This document shows positions 55,147-64,000 of a DNA stretch of 64,000 nucleotides, piece after piece (position 1 is the stretch's first letter; the number at the start of each line of letters is the position of its first letter). The stretch spans positions 3,072,001-3,136,000 of the forward strand of contig OZ241986.1 in NCBI GenBank assembly GCA_965204375.1. The letters are read 5' to 3'. The stretch is from Candidatus Latescibacterota bacterium. GTDB lineage: Bacteria > Latescibacterota > UBA2968. The notes beneath the pieces were generated by a model. It was not told the DNA's origin and searched no databases. It saw only the letters and a program-made list of their open reading frames with translations. Both the position numbers and the translations under genes were made by a program.

Positions 55147-55937
55147 TAAACCTCAAACACATACAAAACAATTAACCCAACAATAATGGCGAGTGCCCCG
55201 TAGTGAAATTTTTCTCGGGCATCAATACACCTCTGAATCCGCGGCAAATCCGGGCGGAATTTACCCGACATCGTACGCTGAATATAAGTCTTGTAATACT
55301 CCACAACAAAACGCTCCAACCCACCATTCATATAAACCAGAAATCCCAACGATATGGGATGCAGGGGATCATTGAGAAAATAGAATAACGGCGAACAAAC
55401 CGCCAGCACCAGGCCCGACCGCTGAAACTTCAAAATTTTAAACCCCTCAAACGGCGCATCTTTATACGCCCCGCCGAGCGACACCAGCAGACCCGTAATA
55501 TAAGCTGTCAGGAGAAAGACCCAGAAACTCATCACAGGAGCGGGAATCAACAACACAGCAAAAACGCCCAGCACCAGTACAGTTCCCACAGCATAGCGCA
55601 ACAAATCGCTCGCCACATACTGACCGAAAAACGTAATGCGAGAGGGCACAAAATACTTATCCTGATCTTCCGTGCGAAAAAAACCCTTGTAAAGCTCGGC
55701 CAAAAACCGTTCCAACCCCATAATCAGAAAAAAAATCTGAACCCATCCCAGCACGGAAGAACTCGCCCTAAAAATCGGGACAAAATACAACACTGCAAAA
55801 ATTACAATGTGAAAATAAATACTCCTCGGAAACGTCCTGGGCTTAAAATCCTCATAGGGCGAATCCTTAAACGCCCCCCACAAAGACGTATAAAGTCCCG
55901 ACACAATACTCACACCCAGGCCAATATAGAAATTCAT
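55146..55937 (-). CDS. Uncharacterised membrane protein with internal duplication
   Basis: Two halves: SLWGAFKDSPYEDFK..F.RS...GLERFLAELYK and SLGGAYKDAPFEGFK..F.RS...GLERFVVEYYK. Coupled to the GMC gene by TAATG. Confidence 0.8.
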   Translation of the reverse strand: MNFYIGLGVSIVSGLYTSLWGAFKDSPYEDFKPRTFPRSIYFHIVIFAVLYFVPIFRASSSVLGWVQIFFLIMGLERFLAELYKGFFRTEDQDKYFVPSRITFFGQYVASDLLRYAVGTVLVLGVFAVLLIPAPVMSFWVFLLTAYITGLLVSLGGAYKDAPFEGFKILKFQRSGLVLAVCSPLFYFLNDPLHPISLGFLVYMNGGLERFVVEYYKTYIQRTMSGKFRPDLPRIQRCIDAREKFHYGALAIIVGLIVLYVFEV

Positions 55938-55939
55938 AG

Positions 55940-58387
55940 TTATAATTCCGATTCGTCTGATTTCTTCACATCACCTTTTTCTCGCCGCAACCGCCCCCCT
56001 TCAAGCACTTCCAAAATAGCGGGCAGCACCAGCACAGCAGCCACAAAACAAGTCAACAAACCAATCAACGCCAGGCGTCCAATTGAATTGAGCCCGGGAT
56101 GCGTCGCCATCGTCAATCCAAAAAAGCCCACCATCGTCGTCAGCATAGAAATGAACATCGCCCCACCAGTACTCCTGATCACCACCGGCATCGACCCGGG
56201 ACCCTCCTCTCGATATCGGTGATAGAGATGCACCCCATTATCAATTCCCATACCAATAATAGTGGGCAACGCGACCATATTGTAGAAATTGAGCTTTAAA
56301 TCCTGCAAATACAGCGAACCACACATCCACACAGTACCACAGGCAAGGGGAAAAATCACCAGCAAAGCAGAGCGCAAACTGCGAAAATCAGTCAGCACAA
56401 TGAGAAACACGACAATCACCGTCAACGAGATCGCACGCGGACTATCGCGCAGCATCAGGCGCAACATATCGGCAAAAATAATATTGGCACTCGACGAATA
56501 AAACACCTTGCCCGACGCGGTCTGAATCTCGTGTGAATCTTCGGCAAATGCAATGGCATTTTTTCCATCGCGCAACTGCACACTCGGCAAAATTTGTGCA
56601 AAATACGCCTGACTGCCATCAATCGTCTCAAATTTTCTCAATAAATTTTCGGGCAAATCCTCAACCGAAAGCCTTTTGACATCCAACAAATCGCGCAGAG
56701 AATCGAGCTTTGCCTTTTGTGTGCCCCTGATCAACTTCGCACCCTCGCCATTGGCCAGCGCGCGAATCTCTCCAATAATATCCAGCTTCTCGTCCTGACC
56801 GCGCAACTCTGTCCAGAGCGTCTTAACTTTGTCAATCGTCGGCGTTGAATCATCTTTAGCTATCTTCTTTTCCAATGCATCCACAATCTCATCGAGTTCC
56901 GTTTTGCTATCCGCCAGCACAATGCCATAAGACTGCGATTCGCTGCCGTATTTCGGAATCGTCGCCATCTTTTGTTTTACCTTGACCGATGCGGGCAAAT
57001 TAGAGCGCAAATTGGTAAAATCGTATTCAAAATCTATATCGGGCAAATGGATGCCCAGATATATCGCGAGGATCAGCGCGCCGGCAATCACCAACTTTGG
57101 ATATGGAAAATGCCCCCGGCTGCCGCCCCAATTGTGCCCCCACACGTGCCGCATGCGAATCCACATAAACCTTTGATCCGCCAGCACCAGCACAGCGGGC
57201 AATACAGTCGTCATAGAGACCAGCGACATCAAAATGCCCGTACCCACAATAAAACCAAATTCCGTAAACCCCCTGAAATCTGTCAGCGTCAGAGAAAAGA
57301 ACGCAATAGACGTTGTTATCGCCGCCGTCAAAATAGCCTGTCCAGTCTGGCTCAGCATCGTCTCTATGGACATTCGCACATCCGTCTTGTCCATGCGAAC
57401 TTCGAGATATCGCGCAAACATGTGAATACCAAAATCGATCCCCAGCCCAAACAAAATCACAAACAAAAAAGCCGTCATAGTATTCAAATTGCCGATAACC
57501 CAGTACGTAATCGCAAATGCCCAGATCAAACCCATCGCCAGCGGAATAGCCACAAAAAAAGCCGCCAATGGCTGGCGGAAATAAAACGTCAAAAGCGCGA
57601 CAATACCCACGACACCAAATATCAACGTCGAGCGGACATCGCTTAAAATGGTATCGTATTCGTCAATTTTGTTCTTAAACGGTCCTCCGTATTCAATCAA
57701 CATCTGCGGGTGATACGCGCGCGGATTCACCTTCTTGACAGCCTGCTGGATCACCCGTTGCATATCCTTGGCAAAACCGATATTGCTCACCGTACCCGCT
57801 GCCATCGCCTCCAATGCCAGGATGGTACGGTCGGGATTGGTATAATACGTCTCGTCTCCATTATCTGCCGTGCGATACTTAGCCTCAATATCCGAAAAAT
57901 CGAGCACGGCTTCTTCTTCATCAAGAGAAATATACAACGGCGACAGCTTCAACTTTTCCTGGATGATATAATCATCTATGCGCGTGAGAACCTCATCCAA
58001 ATCGTCCGTTTCCATAAACAACAGCGCGTTCTTGCGATAAAATTCTGCATCTCGCTTGTAATCGACAAAGTTGATGTACGTCCCGTATTTCTCATCCTGT
58101 AACTCATGTGCCAGATCCTCGGTAAAACGCCTGTTTGCCTCAAAATCGGGACTCTGTACCAAAACCACCAGACTGCCCACACCACCCACGCGCTGTTTGA
58201 TCTCATTGAGCGTCTTCACACTCTGATAATTTTCCGGAATCAGAGCAACGAGATCCGTCTCGAGTTTGCGCCCGAGCTTGTACACAAAAATACTGCAAAA
58301 AGCCGTCAACAAAATCGACACCACAAGAATACCTCTGTAGTGTCGATAAGTCCACCCCGCCAAAAAACGAAGCCCCACTTCAACCAA
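55940..58387 (-). CDS. MMPL/RND-family transporter (HpnN-like)
   Basis: Two TM bundles with GLGIDFGIH and GMGIDNGVH motifs and two periplasmic loops. Confidence 0.9.
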   Translation of the reverse strand: MVEVGLRFLAGWTYRHYRGILVVSILLTAFCSIFVYKLGRKLETDLVALIPENYQSVKTLNEIKQRVGGVGSLVVLVQSPDFEANRRFTEDLAHELQDEKYGTYINFVDYKRDAEFYRKNALLFMETDDLDEVLTRIDDYIIQEKLKLSPLYISLDEEEAVLDFSDIEAKYRTADNGDETYYTNPDRTILALEAMAAGTVSNIGFAKDMQRVIQQAVKKVNPRAYHPQMLIEYGGPFKNKIDEYDTILSDVRSTLIFGVVGIVALLTFYFRQPLAAFFVAIPLAMGLIWAFAITYWVIGNLNTMTAFLFVILFGLGIDFGIHMFARYLEVRMDKTDVRMSIETMLSQTGQAILTAAITTSIAFFSLTLTDFRGFTEFGFIVGTGILMSLVSMTTVLPAVLVLADQRFMWIRMRHVWGHNWGGSRGHFPYPKLVIAGALILAIYLGIHLPDIDFEYDFTNLRSNLPASVKVKQKMATIPKYGSESQSYGIVLADSKTELDEIVDALEKKIAKDDSTPTIDKVKTLWTELRGQDEKLDIIGEIRALANGEGAKLIRGTQKAKLDSLRDLLDVKRLSVEDLPENLLRKFETIDGSQAYFAQILPSVQLRDGKNAIAFAEDSHEIQTASGKVFYSSSANIIFADMLRLMLRDSPRAISLTVIVVFLIVLTDFRSLRSALLVIFPLACGTVWMCGSLYLQDLKLNFYNMVALPTIIGMGIDNGVHLYHRYREEGPGSMPVVIRSTGGAMFISMLTTMVGFFGLTMATHPGLNSIGRLALIGLLTCFVAAVLVLPAILEVLEGGRLRREKGDVKKSDESEL

Positions 58388-58401
58388 TGGGTGCCACCTT
58401 T

Positions 58402-58998
58402 CTAATCCGACGTATCTTCACTTAGTTTTTCTTTTAATTTATCCATCAAGCCTGCAAAAGAAGACTTGCGAATCTCCCGGCGAAACTGTGACCGGTTGCT
58501 GCGTGCAACACTCAACTCATCAATAACCATATCGTAAATCAACCACTTGTCATCAACGAGATGCAATTTATAGTCAATCGTACTCGACTCGCGCCTGTAA
58601 TACACCACCGTCTTGACAATAGCCTGTGTGCTATCAACCTCGACACCCGTATAGTCGATCTTCTCCGCTTTGGTATATAACGCGGGATCGGCGTAATTTT
58701 TCTCGATCAACTGTCTGTTCACAGCCACAAAATCAGCCCGTTCTTCTTCTGTTCGCGCTGTCCAATCTCGGCCGAGGGACTCCCGGCTAAATGTTTCAAA
58801 ATCGAACAACTCACCGACAATAGCTTTAAGCGCGGCACGCTCTTCAGCCGTATCACCACCGGTTTCTGAACGCACAATATCCTGAATCGCTCGATCTCGG
58901 CTCTTCACCATATCGAGCAACGCATCGCCCTGATCAGACGCGCTCGCCACGCCCATCAAAACGAGCAACAGAAATGCATGCCTGAGCAATGAAATCAT
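58402..58998 (-). CDS. MlaC/Ttg2D (HpnM-like) periplasmic lipid-binding protein
   Basis: Signal peptide; FDF..F....LG..W, IDYKL and W.IYD..I...S....R.QF motifs. Confidence 0.88.
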   Translation of the reverse strand: MISLLRHAFLLLVLMGVASASDQGDALLDMVKSRDRAIQDIVRSETGGDTAEERAALKAIVGELFDFETFSRESLGRDWTARTEEERADFVAVNRQLIEKNYADPALYTKAEKIDYTGVEVDSTQAIVKTVVYYRRESSTIDYKLHLVDDKWLIYDMVIDELSVARSNRSQFRREIRKSSFAGLMDKLKEKLSEDTSD

Positions 58999-59049
58999 AA
59001 CATATTGCCTATTATATCAACAACTTGTTTTTAGACAGAATCTCCGTCA

Positions 59050-59078
59050 ATTTTAATATTTTTCTCTCCCAAAGTCAA
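59050..59078 (-). promoter_or_regulatory. sigma-70 promoter for the MlaC-MMPL-membrane protein-GMC unit
   Basis: Minus strand TTGACT-17 bp-TAAAAT; an IHF-consensus TATCAACAACTTG lies at 59015-59027. Confidence 0.6.
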
Positions 59079-59255
59079 GACAGCGACAGTCTGTCTTAAA
59101 AAAAGAGAACTTGAGTATTAACAAAAAGAAAGAATGCCCTATTTTGCAACAAAATTCTCTGATTATCTTTAAAAAAATACTGCGTACAAACAAACTTCTG
59201 TTGAAGCCATACCCCCCCCCAACAGAAGTTTATCTCAGTTCAGACAAAAATTGTA

Positions 59256-60710
59256 TCAGTCTGCTTTCTCTCCCAACTTCCCCTCATCCACATTCAAAGC
59301 ACCGCGCGCGCGCAGCATTTGTCCGCCAAAGCCAAAAATACCCGCCGTCAACAGGGCAGAACCAATCACGAGGAACCAGTACATACCCTCAATACTATTC
59401 GCGACAGCCAGTGTGCAAAAGAAAGCGGCAAAAAAATCGCGGCGACTCACAAATTTGAGCGACATACAAAAACGGTGAAACCACCCGCGTTCACTCTCGG
59501 GAACATCGCTCGAAAACGCCATATTAAAACTCACAATACTGCCGGACCCCACCAGTTTCATATACAGAAAAATCAGCAACACCCCCAACACATCCAGAAA
59601 AACCATCACACCGCCCAGCAGGGGATAAAATGCCTCATCCGTATATGCATACATCCCGGCGAGCACCGCGATAAAAAACACGAGATAGGACATATTATCC
59701 GCCAGCGTATCGACCCACTCGCCCAGGCGAGAACCCATAAATTTTAATTTGGCAATCTCACCATCGCACCCATCTATAATAGACGCAAACTGAAACAACA
59801 GCCCGCCCAGAGCCAGATGCAAATAACTCGCACTCCCCTTAAAAACCAGCCATGCCGACAGAAAACTCAACAACATCGTCGCAATCGACAACTGGTTTGG
59901 CGTAACAGGCGTATGCACGAGCACACGAGAAATGCGCGTGGAAATTTTGCGATTAAAATAGCGCGAAACAAAACCATCGGTCGGCTTGCCGAGCCTGCGA
60001 AACAGCTCCTGCTCTGCGTGAACATGCGCCTCGGGCGTATCCACATCGAGCCAAAACGCGCCATCGATATCCGCAGTCCGCATACTGCCTTTCTCCGCCA
60101 AAACGCGAATCCCCCCCGACAATGACCCCTCGCCCTCTGCAACAGACTGCTCGAGCGCGCCAAACAAAAACGGACTGCACAGAAAAATCCCCGTATCTAC
60201 CGCATTGAAATCGGCCAACTCTTTTCCAATTTTGACCACGCGACGGTTCTGTGTCATCACCTTCGTGGCATCTTCCATATCAAAAATGCCATCGATATCT
60301 GTATCGACACATAAAATGGCTTCATCCCGACCAACCGGCATACGACGCAATTTGACCAGTATCTCGGGATCAAACAGATGATCGGACATCAAAAGAATAA
60401 ACGGCTCATCGACATATTCTCTGGCACTCAATACCGACACACCATTGCCGCGCGCCCATTCCTTATTTTGAACCCAATCAATCGCCACATCCGAAAGCTG
60501 TGGATCATCGGCAAGCGCGTGCATAATCTCTTGGCACCGATACCCAACCACAACCACAAACTCCGAAATGCCCGCGCGCATAGCCGACAAAATCGTGCGC
60601 TTGAGCAATGGCACGCCGGCCAGGGGCACGAGAGGCTTGGGCAAATCCGCCCCATAACCTCTCAGCCGACTGCCCATACCAGCGGCAATAATTACAACTT
60701 TATTCACCAT
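59256..60710 (-). CDS. Bifunctional NTP-transferase / CDP-alcohol phosphotransferase (IPCT/DIPPS-like)
   Basis: IIAAGMGSRL..PKPL, GNG.S, MSDH, DATKV and W.DVDT; then DG.VSR..NR.IS, TPN and DGCDGEIAK....S..G...D...D. Start ATG 60710. Confidence 0.9.
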   Translation of the reverse strand: MVNKVVIIAAGMGSRLRGYGADLPKPLVPLAGVPLLKRTILSAMRAGISEFVVVVGYRCQEIMHALADDPQLSDVAIDWVQNKEWARGNGVSVLSAREYVDEPFILLMSDHLFDPEILVKLRRMPVGRDEAILCVDTDIDGIFDMEDATKVMTQNRRVVKIGKELADFNAVDTGIFLCSPFLFGALEQSVAEGEGSLSGGIRVLAEKGSMRTADIDGAFWLDVDTPEAHVHAEQELFRRLGKPTDGFVSRYFNRKISTRISRVLVHTPVTPNQLSIATMLLSFLSAWLVFKGSASYLHLALGGLLFQFASIIDGCDGEIAKLKFMGSRLGEWVDTLADNMSYLVFFIAVLAGMYAYTDEAFYPLLGGVMVFLDVLGVLLIFLYMKLVGSGSIVSFNMAFSSDVPESERGWFHRFCMSLKFVSRRDFFAAFFCTLAVANSIEGMYWFLVIGSALLTAGIFGFGGQMLRARGALNVDEGKLGEKAD

Positions 60711-60744
60711 AACTTCTATAACCTTTCGCAATATCCCGAGCGAT

Positions 60745-62061
60745 TTACAAAAGACTGCGCCCAACAGCCCGTTGTAATCTCGCCCAGGATCGGTTAAAAT
60801 TAAACACTGCTTCATAATATTTGGCGCGAATAATGCCGTACTCTTTTGCAGCATCGATCATATCCGATGCATCTTCAAGCCCGGCATTAAACCCATCGCG
60901 AACCGATATAAACCACCGGCGGGTCGCCCGCCGCGCCGTGCTGGCAGCCGCCATATTTTTTTGTGCCTCAATCAACTCGCGGTAAATCTTCTCAATTTCA
61001 ATTGCCACGCCCTTCTCGGCCAGTTGCTTTTGATACAACAACTTCTGATATTCCAAACTCGCTTTCCGCGCCTTCGCCGACGTAAGCCCAAACGACAGCG
61101 ACTGTCGAACACCTATCACCGCCCCTGCCTGTAAAATATTGAAATCATCTCTGGCAAAAGGACTTGTCTGATCGTCGCGGTTCGGTGCGTAACCATACTT
61201 AAATTGACCCGCAATAAATATCTGGGGATACTGCTCGCCTTTTGCCACCTGCATTAGAGATTCACGCACCTGCGCGGCAGCCTGTAACTGCTGCATATCT
61301 TCGCGCTCTCCCGCGCGTTTGAGATAAAACTCAAGCGGCTCAATCTCCACATCAACCGGTGTTAAAGGACCAGCAAGAGTCAGCGAATCTCTTTCACTCA
61401 ATCCCAGAAGCATGCGCAGGGCAGACTCGGCAAGCGCTTTTGTTTTCGCCGCCTCGTGTACTTTTTCGCGCACATCAAAGGCAAACCGATCAATACGGCC
61501 CAGATCGGCATACGTAAAATCGCCTTCCTCTGCCTCCAGTTTCTCCACCACAAAATCGCGCGCCGTTTGAAAATCACTTTGCGCTTCCAATGCCAGTGCC
61601 CACAAATCCTGCGTCAGTTGCAACCCAAAATACACCTCGGCAACCTGAAGCTCCAGATCGCCCCGCGCTTTGCGCAGCCCCGCCTGCTGAGCCGTCACGC
61701 CTGCCATAGCCGCTGCTTTGGCTCCGGACAAATGACCGAATGTGAACAGAGGTTGCACAACCGTGGCCTCTGTACGCGTAAAAATACTCAAATGACTCAG
61801 CATGGTATTGCCAGTGAGCGCGTCACCGCGTGCTTCGGGCGAGGGACCAATAACAGACCGCAATTCAAACTGCGGCAAAAAGCGGATGGCATTGGCCTGA
61901 TCTAATTGCGCCCGCGCAATATCGACATCAACCGCTGCCGCACGCACGCCGGGATGCACGCGCATCGCCTGTGCAATACTCGCGGACAAATCATAAGTTT
62001 CGGCGCGGAGAGAATGCACACAGATAAAAATCCCCAAATAGGACACACACAGCTTTAACAT
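60745..62061 (-). CDS. TolC-family outer membrane protein
   Basis: Signal peptide; QPLFTFG, EVYFG, YPQIF and C-terminal coiled coils. Start ATG 62061 or TTG 62097. Confidence 0.85.
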   Translation of the reverse strand: MLKLCVSYLGIFICVHSLRAETYDLSASIAQAMRVHPGVRAAAVDVDIARAQLDQANAIRFLPQFELRSVIGPSPEARGDALTGNTMLSHLSIFTRTEATVVQPLFTFGHLSGAKAAAMAGVTAQQAGLRKARGDLELQVAEVYFGLQLTQDLWALALEAQSDFQTARDFVVEKLEAEEGDFTYADLGRIDRFAFDVREKVHEAAKTKALAESALRMLLGLSERDSLTLAGPLTPVDVEIEPLEFYLKRAGEREDMQQLQAAAQVRESLMQVAKGEQYPQIFIAGQFKYGYAPNRDDQTSPFARDDFNILQAGAVIGVRQSLSFGLTSAKARKASLEYQKLLYQKQLAEKGVAIEIEKIYRELIEAQKNMAAASTARRATRRWFISVRDGFNAGLEDASDMIDAAKEYGIIRAKYYEAVFNFNRSWARLQRAVGRSLL

Positions 62062-62211
62062 GTGTGAAAAAAAACCACATCTGTTGCAATTTAACAACAC
62101 AACCCCCTGAACTCCGGCGAAAAACTCAAAAATAAAAAAATCTATATCTATATTAAACAAATATTTAAAAAAAGACCATCCAAACAGGCACAAAATATCT
62201 TTTCCTATATA

Positions 62212-62227
62212 AGCGAAATCCGTGCCA
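62212..62227 (-). promoter_or_regulatory. Putative sigma-54 promoter
   Basis: Minus strand TGGCACGGATTTCGCT: GG and GC are at the exact -24/-12 spacing, with one mismatch to consensus. Confidence 0.6.
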
Positions 62228-62240
62228 TCGTAAAATATAT

Positions 62241-62266
62241 AAAAAAACCGGACAAAAGTCCGGGTT
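62241..62266 (-). terminator. Intrinsic terminator
   Basis: Minus strand CCGGAC-TTTT-GTCCGG followed by T7. Confidence 0.75.
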
Positions 62267-62310
62267 AGCTATACTAACGTTTTAATCCGCGAGTAGTTCC
62301 CTCCACATAT

Positions 62311-63258
62311 TCACCGCCGCACCGCCATCAAAACAAATCCAAAAGACACCCAGAAAATTTTCCGGATGCGCCGGATCAATGCAACGCCCAATCCCAATTC
62401 TGGCGTCAACCCCAACAATTGAAAAAGAAACACATGCCCGCTCTCAAAAACGCCGACACCAGATGGAATAAAGAAAAATGCCGTGTTTATAATCAACGAC
62501 AAAGACGTGAGCAAAAAAGCGGTCAAAAAAGATTGTGGCTGCCCCAACAGACTGAGAATCGCATACACTTCAAAAGTTCCCAAAACCCAACTCAGCATGT
62601 GCAACGCCATACACAGCCAGAACCCCAGGCGGTTCTGCCGGTAAAATGCCGCAATCGTCCGATCAACTTCTTCAAACTTTTCGCGCCTCGACTCCAAAAA
62701 AGAGAGACGCAATTTCTTCAAAATATCCAGCAACCATACAGAAGCCCGTTGGCGCTGAGACACATAAGCCGCCACAATTCCAACCGTACCCAACACCAGG
62801 GCAGCCCCCAATCCAATCTGCACCTCTACTGAAAGCGGAAACATGCCCACGGCCAACCCCGTGCCAATCAGCGCGAAGACCAGGCCACTCACCAATTCAA
62901 CCGTCTTATTGATCACCAGAGAAGGTACGCCCTGCGTCACAGAAACCTGGTCGCGCAACATATACGCTTTGGCCACCTCACCGCCCACATGAGAAGCCGG
63001 TGTGACATTGCCAACAGCTTCTCCCGACAACTTTATGCAAAAAAGTGACCAAAAACTCGGACGGTCGCCATCAAAACACATCGCCCAGGCCCACGTATTG
63101 CTCACATGCCAGCCCAATGCAATGAGCAAAACAGGCACATAGCCCCACCCCATCTGCCGCACTTGCGTCCAGGCGGCGATAATCCCAACCTCGTAAATCA
63201 ACACCGCCAGCAGCGTTAACCCAATGCCCCACAACATCACCTTGCGCGCAGTTTTCAT
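62311..63258 (-). CDS. Lysylphosphatidylglycerol-synthase TM / flippase-like domain protein (HpnL/UPF0104-like)
   Basis: GEAVG.VTP...GGEVAK, IPSGVGVFE and ALIRR.R motifs; multi-TM. Confidence 0.85.
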   Translation of the reverse strand: MKTARKVMLWGIGLTLLAVLIYEVGIIAAWTQVRQMGWGYVPVLLIALGWHVSNTWAWAMCFDGDRPSFWSLFCIKLSGEAVGNVTPASHVGGEVAKAYMLRDQVSVTQGVPSLVINKTVELVSGLVFALIGTGLAVGMFPLSVEVQIGLGAALVLGTVGIVAAYVSQRQRASVWLLDILKKLRLSFLESRREKFEEVDRTIAAFYRQNRLGFWLCMALHMLSWVLGTFEVYAILSLLGQPQSFLTAFLLTSLSLIINTAFFFIPSGVGVFESGHVFLFQLLGLTPELGLGVALIRRIRKIFWVSFGFVLMAVRR

Positions 63259-63330
63259 TCGCTATCTATCCCAAAAGAAACGGCGACCAAAATGCGCCGC
63301 CGTTCGTCAATAGTGTCTTATAGAACACCG

Positions 63331-64000
63331 TCAATTAACCCGCATAATCACGTGATAGCCCAGAGGGGTTTTGACAACCCCACTGACTTCATTGGGTTTG
63401 AGCTTCATCACTGCGGCTTCAAAATCCGGGTGCAAATCGCCCTTAGAGAAAAACCCCGTACTTCCGCCATTTTCTTTTGAAGGATCAATAGAATAACTCC
63501 TCGCCAAAGCGGCAAAATCTTCTCCGGCTTTGAGCTTGTTCAAAATTTCCTGAGCTTCGGGTTCCGTCTTCACCAGAATATGCCGCACCCGCATCTTGCC
63601 CGCCTGAATCGACTTAATAATATCCAGATTGCCCTGTGCATCGCGCAGCGTACTGGCATCCTTGCTTTCGGCCATTGCCGTTTCATACGCTCTTCGCGCC
63701 TTATCAAAATCTCCCCGAGCCGAATAAATAAACCCCAGATTGTTGTGAACTTCGGCATCTTTGGGATCAATTGCCAATGCCTTCTCGTAAATCACACCTG
63801 CAGAATCGACCTTCTCCTCACCCAAATACAGCAATGCCAACCGCTTATAGGGCGCAATCCACTCGGGAGCGCGCGAAATACAGGTCAACAGTTCGGCCTT
63901 GGCCTGTGCAACATCGCCCTTAGCCACATAGACTTCTGCCAGCCGAAATCGCACCAGATTGCCATCGGGCGCACGTTCCAAAATGCCCAGCATCTCGCCA
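63331..64000 (-). CDS. TPR-repeat protein with C-terminal PpiC/parvulin peptidyl-prolyl isomerase (5' end outside window)
   Basis: TPR helices (HNNLGFIY...GDF..A...Y); RHILVK, F..LA..YS.D.S..NGG.G.F and T.LGYH motifs. Frame stays open to the window end. Confidence 0.9.
   Translation of the reverse strand, partial: GEMLGILERAPDGNLVRFRLAEVYVAKGDVAQAKAELLTCISRAPEWIAPYKRLALLYLGEEKVDSAGVIYEKALAIDPKDAEVHNNLGFIYSARGDFDKARRAYETAMAESKDASTLRDAQGNLDIIKSIQAGKMRVRHILVKTEPEAQEILNKLKAGEDFAALARSYSIDPSKENGGSTGFFSKGDLHPDFEAAVMKLKPNEVSGVVKTPLGYHVIMRVN

Noticed and set aside
62062-62193. N-terminal extensions in the ORF track (TolC from 62193; also 3401, 40818, 44376 and 60854 starts)
   Set aside because: They overlap upstream genes or AT-rich leaders; downstream starts fit SD position and family N-termini better.
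55940-63258. Hopanoid biosynthesis cluster
   Set aside because: Only HpnN/M/L-like trafficking folds are present; there is no squalene synthase, cyclase or radical-SAM hpn gene in the window.

Overview
Gene-dense window from a diderm bacterial chromosome (two TolC genes, RND and MMPL pumps, MlaC-like protein, sigma-54 promoters). I found no rRNA, tRNA, CRISPR array, integrase or transposase. 1-28.9 kb is mostly housekeeping and envelope genes: a partial MacB/FtsX-type ABC permease with a consensus sigma-54 promoter, a beta-propeller, PBP1A, a TPP enzyme, a GT4/GHMP kinase/GalU-like sugar-nucleotide module, a TauD/Eis/DUF1932 operon, a Zn-dehydrogenase/GGT/aminotransferase/Mrp operon, an RND system whose permease has a ~260-aa insertion, an M23-bactofilin pair and hflX. 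29-52 kb is an unbroken run of ~28 co-oriented, mostly small accessory genes (GNATs, methyltransferases, NUDIX, HIT, dcd, APH, ANT-like, AAC(3), RidA, a TA pair). Its junctions carry gene stubs, a duplicated 41-bp NUDIX 5' end, a reused 70-bp leader and an internally deleted gene. This looks like a cassette-like gene-shuffling array without recognisable attC sites. 52-64 kb holds a GlnA-family ligase and a putative lipid headgroup synthesis/export locus: flippase-like protein, TolC, NTP-transferase/CDP-alcohol phosphotransferase fusion, MlaC/HpnM-like protein, MMPL/HpnN-like transporter, an internally duplicated unknown membrane protein and a GMC oxidoreductase. The best candidates for undescribed biology are this lipid locus, the integrase-free array and a glucuronokinase-like salvage module. 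All family calls are by eye from motifs, not from database searches.
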